Shown here: piece after piece, positions 1 to 11,958 of the stretch
Position numbering within the stretch: the first letter of the stretch is position 1
How the letters are laid out: every line of letters starts with the position of its first letter
NCBI GenBank assembly: GCA_964057225.1
Contig: OZ059900.1
Coordinates: forward strand, 24,366,001 to 24,430,000
Direction of reading: 5' to 3'
Origin: Auanema rhodensis
Lineage: Eukaryota; Animalia; Nematoda
DNA length: 64,000 bases
Position numbers and translations under genes: made by a program
The notes under the pieces: model-generated
Seen by the model: the letters and a program-made list of their open reading frames with translations, nothing else
The model's database searches: none
Told to the model about the DNA's origin: nothing

Positions 1-341
1 GTTTTTTGTCGTGAAAGTGGAACTAGACGTTGTAGGAACAATTTTGAGCTAGGTTTCATTGACATTGCATGAGTTTGAACACATGAAATCGTAAGTCAAA
101 ACCTTGTTTACAGCGAAATTTCCAAAAACTGGTTTTCCAGCATAATAAAATATTTCTCATGGGAAATACTGTGTTTTTGTATTTTTATAGTGTTCAGCAT
201 GTAAAATGCTTCATTTTAGTATGTAACACGCTGAAATTCGTTGCATTTGACGACTCATATGAACAAAAATCGATTTAATCAATATTAGCCATAAGGGGCG
301 TGCCCTCAGAATATGCTAATTTCCTTAATTTTCTAACCCCT

Positions 342-683
342 GTTTTTTTGTCGTGAAAGTGGAATTAGACGTTGTAGGAACAATTTTGAGCTAGGTTTCA
401 TTGACATTGCATGAGTTTGAACACATGAAATCGTAAGTCAAAACCTTGTTTACAGCGAAATTTCCAAAAACTGGTTTTCCAGCATAATAAAATATTTCTC
501 ATGGGAAATACTGTGTTTTTGTATTTTTCTAGTGTTCAGCATGTAAAATTCTTCATTTTAGTATGTAACACGCTGAAATTCGTTGCATTTGACGACTCAT
601 ATGAACAAAAATCGATTTAATCAATATTAGCCATAAGGGGCGTGCCCTCAGAATATGCTAATTTCCTTAATTTTCTAACCCCT
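342..683 (+). repeat. Representative full-length 342-bp monomer (T7 form)
   Basis: The next monomer starts exactly 342 bp later (684). It contains ClaI (ATCGAT) and NdeI (CATATG) sites and numerous A/T tracts. Confidence 0.97.
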
Positions 684-3600
684 GTTTTTTGTCGTGAAAG
701 TGGAACTAGACGTTGTAGGAACAATTTTGAGCTAGGTTTCATTGACATTGCATGAGTTTGAACACATGAAATCGTAAGTCAAAACCTTGTTTACAGCGAA
801 ATTTCCAAAAACTGGTTTTCCAGCATAATAAAATATTTCTCATGGGAAATACTGTGTTTTTGTATTTTTCTAGTGTTCAGCATGTGAAACACTTCATTTT
901 AGTATGTAACACGCTGAAATTCAATGCATTTGACGAATCATATGAACAAAAATCGATTTAATCAATATAAGCCATAGAGGCGTGCCCTCAGAATATGCTA
1001 ATTTCCTTAATTTTCTAACCCCTGTTTTTTGTCGTGAAAGTGGAACTAGACGTTGTAGGAACAATTTTGAGCTAGGTTTCATTGACATTGCATGAGTTTG
1101 AACACATGAAATCGTAAGTCAAAACCTTGTTTACAGCGAAATTTCCAAAAACTGGTTTTCCAGCATAATAAAATATTTCTCATGGGAAATACTGTGTTTT
1201 TGTATTTTTCTAGTGTTCAGCATGTAAAATACTTCATTTTAGTATGTAACACGCTGAAATTCGTTGCATTTGACGACTCATATGAACAAAAATCGATTTA
1301 ATCAATATTAGCCATAAGGGGCGTGCCCTCAGAATGTGCTAATTTCCTTAATTTTCTAACCCCTGTTTTTTTGTCGTGAAAGTGGAATTAGACGTTGTAA
1401 GAACAATTTTGAGCTAGGTTTCATTGACATTGCATGAGTTTGAACACATGAAATCGTAAGTCAAAACCTTGTTTACAGCGAACTTTCCAAAAACTGGTTT
1501 TCCAGCATAATAAAATATTTCTCATGGGAAATACTGTGTTTTTGTATTTTTATAGTGTTCAGCATGTAAAATGCTTCATTTTAGTATGTAACACCCTGAA
1601 ATTCGTTTCATTTGACGACTCATATGAACAAAAATCGATTTAATCAATATTAGCCATAAGGGGCGTGCCCTCAGAATATGCTAATTTCCTTAATTTTCTA
1701 ACCCCTGTTTTTTTGTCGTGAAAGTGGAACTAGACGTTGTAGGAACAATTTTGAGCTAGGTTTCATTGACATTGCATGAGTTTGAACACATGAAATCGTA
1801 AGTCAAAACCTTGTTTACAGCGAAATTTCCAAAAACTGGTTTTCCAGCATAATAAAATATTTCTCATGGGAAATACTGTGTTTTTGTATTTTTCTAGTGT
1901 TCAGCATGTGAAATACTTCATTTTAGTATGTAACACGCTGAAATTCGTTGCATTTGACGACTCATATGAACAAAAATCGATTTAATCAATATTAGCCATA
2001 AGGGGCGTGCCCTCAGAATATGCTAATTTCCTAAATTTTCTAACCCCTGTTTTTTTGTCGTGAAAGTGGAACTAGACGTTGTACGAACAATTTTGAGCTA
2101 GGTTTCATTGACATTGCATGAGTTTGAACACATGAAATCGTAAGTCAAAACCTTGTTTACAGCGAAATTTCCAAAAACTGGTTTTCCAGCATAATAAAAT
2201 ATTTCTCATGGGTAAAACTGTGTTTTTGTATTTTTCTAGTGTTCAGCATGTAAAATGCTTCATTTTAGTATGTAACACGCTGAAATTCGTTGCATTTGAC
2301 GACTCATATGAACCAAAATCGATTTAATCAATATTAGCCATAAGGGGCGTGCCCTCAGAATATGCTAATTTCCTAAATTTTCTAACCCCTGTTTTTTTGT
2401 CGTGAAAGTGGAACTAGACATTGTACGAACAATTTTGAGCTAGGTTTCATTGACATTGCATGAGTTTGAACACATGAAATCGTAAGTCAAAACCTTGTTT
2501 ACAGCGAAATTTCCAAAAACTGGTTTTCCAGCATAATAAAATATTTCTCATGGGAAAAACTGTGTTTTTGTATTTTTCTAGTGTTCAGCTTGTAAAATGC
2601 TTCATTTTAGTATGTAACACGCTGAAATTTGTTGCATTTGACGACTCATATGAACAAAAATCGATTTAATCAATATTAGCCATAAGGGGCGTGCCCTCAG
2701 AATATGCTAATTTCCTTAATTTTCTAACCCCTGTTTTTTTGTCGTGAAAGTGGAACTAGACGTTGTACGAACAATTTTGAGCTAGGTTTCATTGACATTG
2801 CATGAGTTTGAACACATGAAATCGTAAGTCAAAACCTTGTTTACAGCGAAATTTCCAAAAACTGGTTTTCCAGCATAATAAAATATTTCTCATGGGAAAT
2901 ACTGTGTTTTTGTATTTTTCTAGTGTTCAGCATGTAAAATGCTCCATTTTAGTATGTAACACGCTGAAATTCGTTGCATTTGACGACTCATATGAACAAA
3001 AATCGATTTAATCAATATTAGCCATAAGGGGCGTGCCCTCAGAATATGCTAATTTCCTTAATTTTCTAACCCCTGTTTTTTTGTCGTGAAAGTGGAATTA
3101 GACGTTGTAGGAACAATTTTGAGCTAGGTTTCATTGACATTGCATGAGTTTGAACACATGAAATCGTAAGTCAAAACCTTGTTTACAGCGAAATTTCCAA
3201 AAACTGGTTTTCCAGCATAATAAAATATTTCTCATGGGAAATACTGTGTTTTTGTATTTTTATAGTGTTCAGCATGTAAAATGCTTCATTTTAGTATGTA
3301 AGACGCTGAAATTCGTTGCATTTGACGACTCATATGAACAAAAATCGATTTAATCAATATTAGCCATAAGGGGCGTGCCCTCAGAATATGCTAATTTCCT
3401 TAATTTTCTAACCCCTGTTTTTTTGTCGTGAAAGTGGAATTAGACGTTGTAGGAACAATTTTGAGCTAGGTTTCATTGACATTGCATGAGTTTGAACACA
3501 TGAAATCGTAAGTCAAAACCTTGTTTACAGCGAAATTTCCAAAAACTGGTTTTCCAGCATAATAAAATATTTCTCATGGGAAATACTGTGTTTTTGTATT

Positions 3601-4440
3601 TTTCTAGTGTTCAGCATGTAAAATGCTTCATTTTAGTATGTAACACGCTGAAATTCGTTGCATTTGACGACTCATATGAACAAAAATCGATTTAATCAAT
3701 ATTAGCCATAAGGGGCGTGCCCTCAGAATATGCTAATTTCCTTAATTTTCTAACCCCTGTTTTTTGTCGTGAAAGTGGAACTAGACGTTGTAGGAACAAT
3801 TTTGAGCTAGGTTTCATTGACATTGCATGAGTTCGAACACATGAAATCGTAAGTCAAAACCTTGTTTACAGCGAAATTTCCAAAAACTGGTTTTCCAGCA
3901 TAATAAAATATTTCTCATGGGAAATACTGTGTTTTTGTATTTTTCTAGTGTTCAGCATGTAAAATACTCCATTTTAGTATGTAACACGCTGAAATTCGTT
4001 GCATTTGACGACTCATATGAACAAAAATCGATTTAATCAATATAAGCCATAAGGGGCGTGCCCTCAGAATATGCTAATTTCCTTAATTTTCTAACCCCTG
4101 TTTTTTGTCGTGAAAGTGGAACTAGACGTTGTAGGAACAATTTTGAGCTAGGTTTCATTGACATTGCATGAGTTTGTACACATGAAATCGTAAGTCAAAA
4201 CCTTGTTTACAGCGAAATTTCCAAAAACTGGTTTTCCAGCATAATAAAATATTTCTCATGGGAAATACTGTGTTTTTGTATTTTTCTAGTGTTCAGCATG
4301 TAAAATACTTCATTTAAGTATGTAACACGCTGAAATTCGTTGCATTTGACGACTCATATGAACAAAAATCGATTTAATCAATATTAGCCATAAGGGGCGT
4401 GCCCTCAGAATATGCTAATTTCCTTAATTTTCTAACCCCT

Positions 4441-6491
4441 GTTTTTTTGTCGTGAAAGTGGAATAAGACGTTGTAGGAACAATTTTGAGCTAGGTTTCAT
4501 TGACATTGCATGAGTTTGAACACATGAAATCGTAAGTCAAAACCTTGTTTACAGCGAACTTTCCAAAAACTGGTTTTCCAGCATAATAAAATATTTCTCA
4601 TGGGAAATACTAAGTTTTTGTATTTTTATAGTGTTCAGCATGTAAAATGCTTCATTTTAGTATGTAACACCCTGAAATTCGTTTCATTTGACGACTCATA
4701 TGAACAAAAATCGATTTAATCAATATTAGCCATAAGGGGCGTGCCCTCAGAATATGCTAATTTCCTTAATTTTCTAACCCCTGTTTTTTTGTCGTGAAAG
4801 TGGAACTAGACGTTGTAGGAACAATTTTGAGCAAGGTTTCATTGACATTGCATGAGTTTGAACACATGAAATCGTAAGTCAAAACCTTGTTTACAGCGAA
4901 CTTTCCAAAAACTGGTTTTCCAGCATAATAAAATATTTCTCATGGGAAATACTGTGTTTTTGTATTTTTATAGTGTTCAGCATTTAAATGCTTCATTTTA
5001 GTATGTAACACCCTGAAATTCGTTTCATTTGACGACTCATATGAACAAAAATCGATTTAATCAATATTAGCCATAAGGGGCGTGCCCTCAGAATATGCTA
5101 ATTTCCTTAATTTTCTAACCCCTGTTTTTTTGTCGTGAAAGTGGAACTAGACGTTGTAGGAACAATTTTGAGCAAGGTTTCATTGACATTGCATGAGTTT
5201 GAACACATGAAATCGTAAGTCAAAACCTTGTTTACAGCGAAATTTCCAAAAACTGGTTTTCCAGCATAATAAAATATTTCTCATGGGAAATACTGTGTTT
5301 TTGTATTTTTCTAGTGTTCAGCATGTAAAATGCTTCATTTAAGTATGTAACACGCTGAAATTCGTTGCATTTGACTACTCATATGAACAAAAATCGATTT
5401 AATCAATATTAGCCATAAGGGGCGTGCCCTCAGAATATGCTAATTTCCTTAATTTTCTAACCCCTGTTTTTTTGTCGTGAAAGTGGAACTAGACGTTGTA
5501 GGAACAATTTTGAGCAAGGTTTCATTGACATTGCATGAGTTTGAACACATGAAATCGTAAGTCAAAACCTTGTTTACAGCGAACTTTCCAAAAACTGGTT
5601 TTCCAGCATAATAAAATATTTCTCATGGGAAATACTGTGTTTTTGTATTTTTATAGTGTTCAGCATGTAAAATGCTTCATTTTAGTATGTAACACCCTGA
5701 AATTCGTTTCATTTGACGACTCATATGAACAAAAATCGATTTAATCAATATTAGCCATAAGGGGCGTGCCCTCAGAATATGCTAATTTCCTTAATTTTCT
5801 AACCCCTGTTTTTTTGTCGTGAAAGTGGAACTAGACGTTGTAGGAACAATTTTGAGCAAGGTTTCATTGACATTGCATGAGTTTGAACACATGAAATCGT
5901 AAGTCAAAACCTTGTTTACAGCGAACTTTCCAAAAACTGGTTTTCCAGCATAATAAAATATTTCTCATGGGAAATACTGTGTTTTTGTATTTTTATAGTG
6001 TTCAGCATGTAAAATGCTTCATTTTAGTATGTAACACCCTGAAATTCGTTTCATTTGACGACTCATATGAACAAAAATCGATTTAATCAATATTAGCCAT
6101 AAGGGGCGTGCCCTCAGAATATGCTAATTTCCTTAATTTTCTAACCCCTGTTTTTTTGTCGTGAAAGTGGAACTAGACGTTGTAGGAACAATTTTGAGCA
6201 AGGTTTCATTGACATTGCATGAGTTTGAACACATGAAATCGTAAGTCAAAACCTTGTTTACAGCGAAATTTCCAAAAACTGGTTTTCCAGCATAATAAAA
6301 TATTTCTCATGGGAAATACTGTGTTTTTGTATTTTTCTAGTGTTCAGCATGTAAAATGCTTCATTTAAGTATGTAACACGCTGAAATTCGTTGCATTTGA
6401 CTACTCATATGAACAAAAATCGATTTAATCAATATTAGCCATAAGGGGCGTGCCCTCAGAATATGCTAATTTCCTTAATTTTCTAACCCCT
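4441..6491 (+). repeat. Local 3-mer higher-order repeat, 2 copies (4441-5465, 5466-6491)
   Basis: Two monomers with GAACTTT/TATA/CACCCTG/CGTTTCA are followed by one with GCAAGG/TTTAAG/GACTACT, and this pattern occurs twice. Confidence 0.75.
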
Positions 6492-8539
6492 GTTTTTTTG
6501 TCGTGAAAGTGGAACTAGACGTTGTACGAACAATTTTGAGCTAGGTTTCATTGACATTGCATGAGTTTGAACACATGAAATCGTAAGTCAAAATCTTGTT
6601 TACAGCGAAATTTCCAAAAACTGGTTTTCCAGCATAATAAAATATTTCTCATGGGAAAAACTGTGTTTTTGTATTTTTCTAGTGTTCAGCATGTAAAATG
6701 CTTCATTTTAGTATGTAACACGCTGAAATTCGTTGCATTTGACGACTCATATGAACAAAAATCGATTTAATCAATATTAGCCATAAGGGGCGTGCCCTCA
6801 GAATATGCTAATTTCCTTAATTTTCTAACCCCTGTTTTTTTGTCGTGAAAGTGGAACTAGACGTTGTACGAACAATTTTGAGCTAGGTTTCATTGACATT
6901 GCATGAGTTTGAACTCATGAAATCGTAAGTCAAAACCTTGTTTACAGCGAAATTTCCAAAAACTGGTTTTCCAGCATAATAAAATATTTCTCATGTTAAA
7001 AACTGTGTTTTTGTATTTTTCTAGTGTTCAGCATGTAAAATGCTTCATTTTAGTATGTAACACGCTGAAATTTGTTGCATTTGACGACTCATATGAACAA
7101 AAATCGATTTAATCAATATTAGCCATAAGGGGCGTGCCCTCAGAATATGCTAATTTCCTTAATTTTCTAACCCCTGTTTTTTTGTCGTGAAAGTGGAACT
7201 AGACGTTGTAGGAACAATTTTGAGCAAGGTTTCATTGACATTGCATGAGTTTGAACACATGAAATCGTAAGTCAAAACCTTGTTTACAGCGAAATTTCCA
7301 AAAACTGGTTTTCCAGCATAATAAAATATTTCTCATGGGAAATACTGTGTTTTTGTATTTTTCTAGTGTTCAGCATGTAAAATGCTTCATTTTAGTATGT
7401 AACACGCTGAAATTCGTTGCATTTGACGACTCATATGAACAAAAATCGATTTAATCAATATAAGCCATAGAGGCGTGCCCTCAGAATATGCTAATTTCCT
7501 TAATTTTCTAACCCCTGTTTTTTGTCGTGAAAGTGGAACTAGACGTTGTAGGAACAATTTTGAGCTAGGTTTCATTGACATTGCATGAGTTTGAACACAT
7601 GAAATCGTAAGTCAAAACCTTGTTTACAGCGAAATTTCCAAAAACTGGTTTTCCAGCATAATAAAATATTTCTCATGGGAAATACTGTGTTTTTGTATTT
7701 TTATAGTGTTCAGCATGTAAAATGCTTCATTTTAGTATGTAACACGCTGAAATTCGTTGCATTTGACGACTCATATGAACAAAAATCGATTTAATCAATA
7801 TTAGGTATAAGGGGCGTGCCCTCAGAATATGCTAATTTCCTTAATTTTCTAACCCCTGTTTTTTTGTCGTGAAAGTGGAATTAGACGTTGTAGGAACAAT
7901 TTTGAGCTAGGTTTCATTGACATTGCATGAGTTTGAACACATGAAATCGTAAGTCAAAACCTTGTTTACAGCGAAATTTCCAAAAACTGGTTTTCCAGCA
8001 TAATAAAATATTTCTCATGGGAAATACTGTGTTTTTGTATTTTTCTAGTGTTCAGCATGTAAAATGCTTCATTTTAGTATGTAACACGCTGAAATTCGTT
8101 GCATTTGACGACTCATATGAACAAAAATCGATTTAATCAATATTAGCCATAAGGGGCGTGCCCTCAGAATATGCTAATTTCCTTAATTTTCTAACCCCTG
8201 TTTTTTGTCGTGAAAGTGGAACTAGACGTTGTAGGAACAATTTTGAGCTAGGTTTCATTGACATTGCATGAGTTTGAACACATGAAATCGTAAGTCAAAA
8301 CCTTGTTTACAGCGAAATTTCCAAAAACTGGTTTTCCAGCATAATAAAATATTTCTCATGGGAAATACTGTGTTTTTGTATTTTTCTAGTGTTCAGCATG
8401 TAAAACACTTCATTTTAGTATGTAACACGCTGAAATTCAATGCATTTGACGAATCATATGAACAAAAATCGATTTAATCAATATAAGCCATAGAGGCGTG
8501 CCCTCAGAATATGCTAATTTCCTTAATTTTCTAACCCCT

Positions 8540-11500
8540 GTTTTTTGTCGTGAAAGTGGAACTAGACGTTGTAGGAACAATTTTGAGCTAGGTTTCATTG
8601 ACATTGCATGAGTTTGAACACATGAAATCGTAAGTCAAAACCTTGTTTACAGCGAAATTTCCAAAAACTGGTTTTCCAGCATAATAAAATATTTCTCATG
8701 GGAAATACTGTGTTTTTGTATTTTTCTAGTGTTCAGCATGTAAAATACTTCATTTTAGTATGTAACACGCTGAAATTCGTTGCATTTGACGACTCATATG
8801 AACAAAAATCGATTTAATCAATATTAGCCATAAGGGGCGTGCCCTCAGAATGTGCTAATTTCCTTAATTTTCTAACCCCTGTTTTTTTGTCGTGAAAGTG
8901 GAATTAGACGTTGTAGGAACAATTTTGAGCTAGGTTTCATTGACATTGCATGAGTTTGAACACATGAAATCGTAAGTCAAAACCTTGTTTACAGCGAACT
9001 TTCCAAAAACTGGTTTTCCAGCATAATAAAATATTTCTCATGGGAAATACTGTGTTTTTGTATTTTTATAGTGTTCAGCATGTAAAATGCTTCATTTTAG
9101 TATGTAACACCCTGAAATTCGTTTCATTTGACGACTCATATGAACAAAAATCGATTTAATCAATATTAGCCATAAGGGGCGTGCCCTCAGAATATGCTAA
9201 TTTCCTTAATTTTCTAACCCCTGTTTTTTTGTCGTGAAAGTGGAACTAGACGTTGTAGGAACAATTTTGAGCAAGGTTTCATTGACATTGCATGAGTTTG
9301 AACACATGAAATCGTAAGTCAAAACCTTGTTTACAGCGAAATTTCCAAAAACTGGTTTTCCAGCATAATAAAATATTTCTCATGGGAAATACTGTGTTTT
9401 TGTATTTTTCTAGTGTTCAGCATGTGAAATACTTCATTTTAGTATGTAACACGCTGAAATTCGTTGCATTTGACGACTCATATGAACAAAAATCGATTTA
9501 ATCAATATTAGCCATAAGGGGCGTGCCCTCAGAATATGCTAATTTCCTAAATTTTCTAACCCCTGTTTTTTTGTCGTGAAAGTGGAACTAGACGTTGTAG
9601 GAACAATTTTGAGCTAGGTTTCATTGACATTGCATGAGTTTGAACACATGAAATCGTAAGTCAAAACCTTGTTTACAGCGAAATTTCCAAAAACTGGTTT
9701 TCCAGCATAATAAAATATTTCTCATGGGAAAAACTGTGTTTTTGTATTTTTCTAGTGTTCAGCATGTAAAATGCTTCATTTTAGTATGTAACACGCTGAA
9801 ATTTGTTGCATTTGACGACTCATATGAACAAAAATCGATTTAATCAATATTAGCCATAAGGGGCGTGCCCTCAGAATATGCTAATTTCCTTAATTTTCTA
9901 ACCCCTGTTTTTTTGTCGTGAAAGTGGAACTAGACGTTGTAGGAACAATTTTGAGCAAGGTTTCATTGACATTGCATGAGTTTGAACACATGAAATCGTA
10001 AGTCAAAACCTTGTTTACAGCGAAATTTCCAAAAACTGGTTTTCCAGCATAATAAAATATTTCTCATGGGAAATACTGTGTTTTTGTATTTTTCTAGTGT
10101 TCAGCATGTAAAATGCTTCATTTTAGTATGTAACACGCTAAAATTCGTTGCATTTGACGACTCATATGAACAAAAATCGATTTAATCAATATTAGCCATA
10201 AGGGGCGTGCCCTCAGAATATGCTAATTTCCTTAATTTTCTAACCCCTGTTTTTTTGTCGTGAAAGTGGAACTAGACGTTGTAGCAACAATTTTGAGCTA
10301 GGTTTCATTGACATTGCATGAGTTTGAACACATGAAATCGTAAGTCAAAACCTTGTTTACAGCGAAATTTCCAAAAACTGGTTTTCCAGCATAATAAAAT
10401 ATTTCTCATGGGAAATACTGTGTTTTTGTATTTTTCTAGTGTTCAGCATGTAAAATACTTCATTTTAGTATGTAACACGCTGAAATTCGTTGCATTTGAC
10501 GACTCATATGAACAAAAATCGATTTAATCAATATTAGCCATAAGGGGCGTGCCCTCAGAATGTGCTAATTTCCTTAATTTTCTAACCCCTGTTTTTTTGT
10601 CGTGAAAGTGGAATTAGACGTTGTAGGAACAATTTTGAGCTAGGTTTCATTGACATTGCATGAGTTTGAACACATGAAATCGTAAGTCAAAACCTTGTTT
10701 ACAGCGAACTTTCCAAAAACTGGTTTTCCAGCATAATAAAATATTTCTCATGGGAAATACTGTGTTTTTGTATTTTTATAGTGTTCAGCATGTAAAATGC
10801 TTCATTTTAGTATGTAACACCCTGAAATTCGTTTCATTTGACGACTCATATGAACAAAAATCGATTTAATCAATATTAGCCATAAGGGGCGTGCCCTCAG
10901 AATATGCTAATTTCCTTAATTTTCTAACCCCTGTTTTTTTGTCGTGAAAGTGGAACTAGACGTTGTAGGAACAATTTTGAGCAAGGTTTCATTGACATTG
11001 CATGAGTTTGAACACATGAAATCGTAAGTCAAAACCTTGTTTACAGCGAAATTTCCAAAAACTGGTTTTCCAGCATAATAAAATATTTCTCATGGGAAAT
11101 ACTGTGTTTTTGTATTTTTCTAGTGTTCAGCATGTGAAATACTTCATTTTAGTATGTAACACGCTGAAATTCGTTGCATTTGACGACTCATATGAACAAA
11201 AATCGATTTAATCAATATTAGCCATAAGGGGCGTGCCCTCAGAATATGCTAATTTCCTAAATTTTCTAACCCCTGTTTTTTTGTCGTGAAAGTGGAACTA
11301 GACGTTGTAGGAACAATTTTGAGCTAGGTTTCATTGACATTGCATGAGTTTGAACACATGAAATCGTAAGTCAAAACCTTGTTTACAGCGAAATTTCCAA
11401 AAACTGGTTTTCCAGCATAATAAAATATTTCTCATGGGAAAAACTGTGTTTTTGTATTTTTCTAGTGTTCAGCATGTAAAATGCTTCATTTTAGTATGTA

Positions 11501-11958
11501 ACACGCTGAAATTTGTTGCATTTGACGACTCATATGAACAAAAATCGATTTAATCAATATTAGCCATAAGGGGCGTGCCCTCAGAATATGCTAATTTCCT
11601 TAATTTTCTAACCCCTCTTTTTTTGTCGTGAAAGTGGAACTAGACGTTGTAGGAACAATTTTGAGCAAGGTTTCATTGACATTGCATGAGTTTGAACACA
11701 TGAAATCGTAAGTCAAAACCTTGTTTACAGCGAAATTTCCAAAAACTGGTTTTCCAGCATAATAAAATATTTCTCATGGGAAATACTGTGTTTTTGTATT
11801 TTTCTAGTGTTCAGCATGTAAAATGCTTCATTTTAGTATGTAACACGCTAAAATTCGTTGCATTTGACGACTCATATGAACAAAAATCGATTTAATCAAT
11901 ATTAGCCATAAGGGGCGTGCCCTCAGAATATGCTAATTTCCTTAATTTTCTAACCCCT
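8540..11958 (+). repeat. Local 5-mer higher-order repeat, 2 copies, ~1710-bp period
   Basis: Monomers at 8881, 9223, 9565 and 9907 share variant sets with those at 10591, 10933, 11275 and 11617. Monomers at 8540 and 10249 share ATACTT and ATGTGCT. Confidence 0.85.

Noticed and set aside
144-149. AATAAA polyadenylation-like signal and other promoter-like AT motifs
   Set aside because: Expected by chance in 66% AT sequence, with no associated gene.
236-252. CENP-B-box-like ATTCGTTGCATTTGACG
   Set aside because: It matches TTCG and the central A but lacks the essential CGGG (about 6 of 9 core positions), so it is not a credible box.
333-341. Telomere-like CTAACCCCT
   Set aside because: A single short motif per monomer and never tandem; expected by chance.
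1-341. Tandem 5S rRNA, tRNA, snRNA or spliced-leader gene unit
   Set aside because: No recognisable conserved RNA gene sequence, cloverleaf or Pol III A/B/C boxes by eye. An Infernal/Rfam scan would be decisive.
7387-7581. 64-aa minus-strand ORF
   Set aside because: It lies wholly in satellite sequence across a monomer junction and is open only because of local variants (the TAGAGG 1-bp deletion, T6 tract, ATAAGCC). No recognisable protein features.
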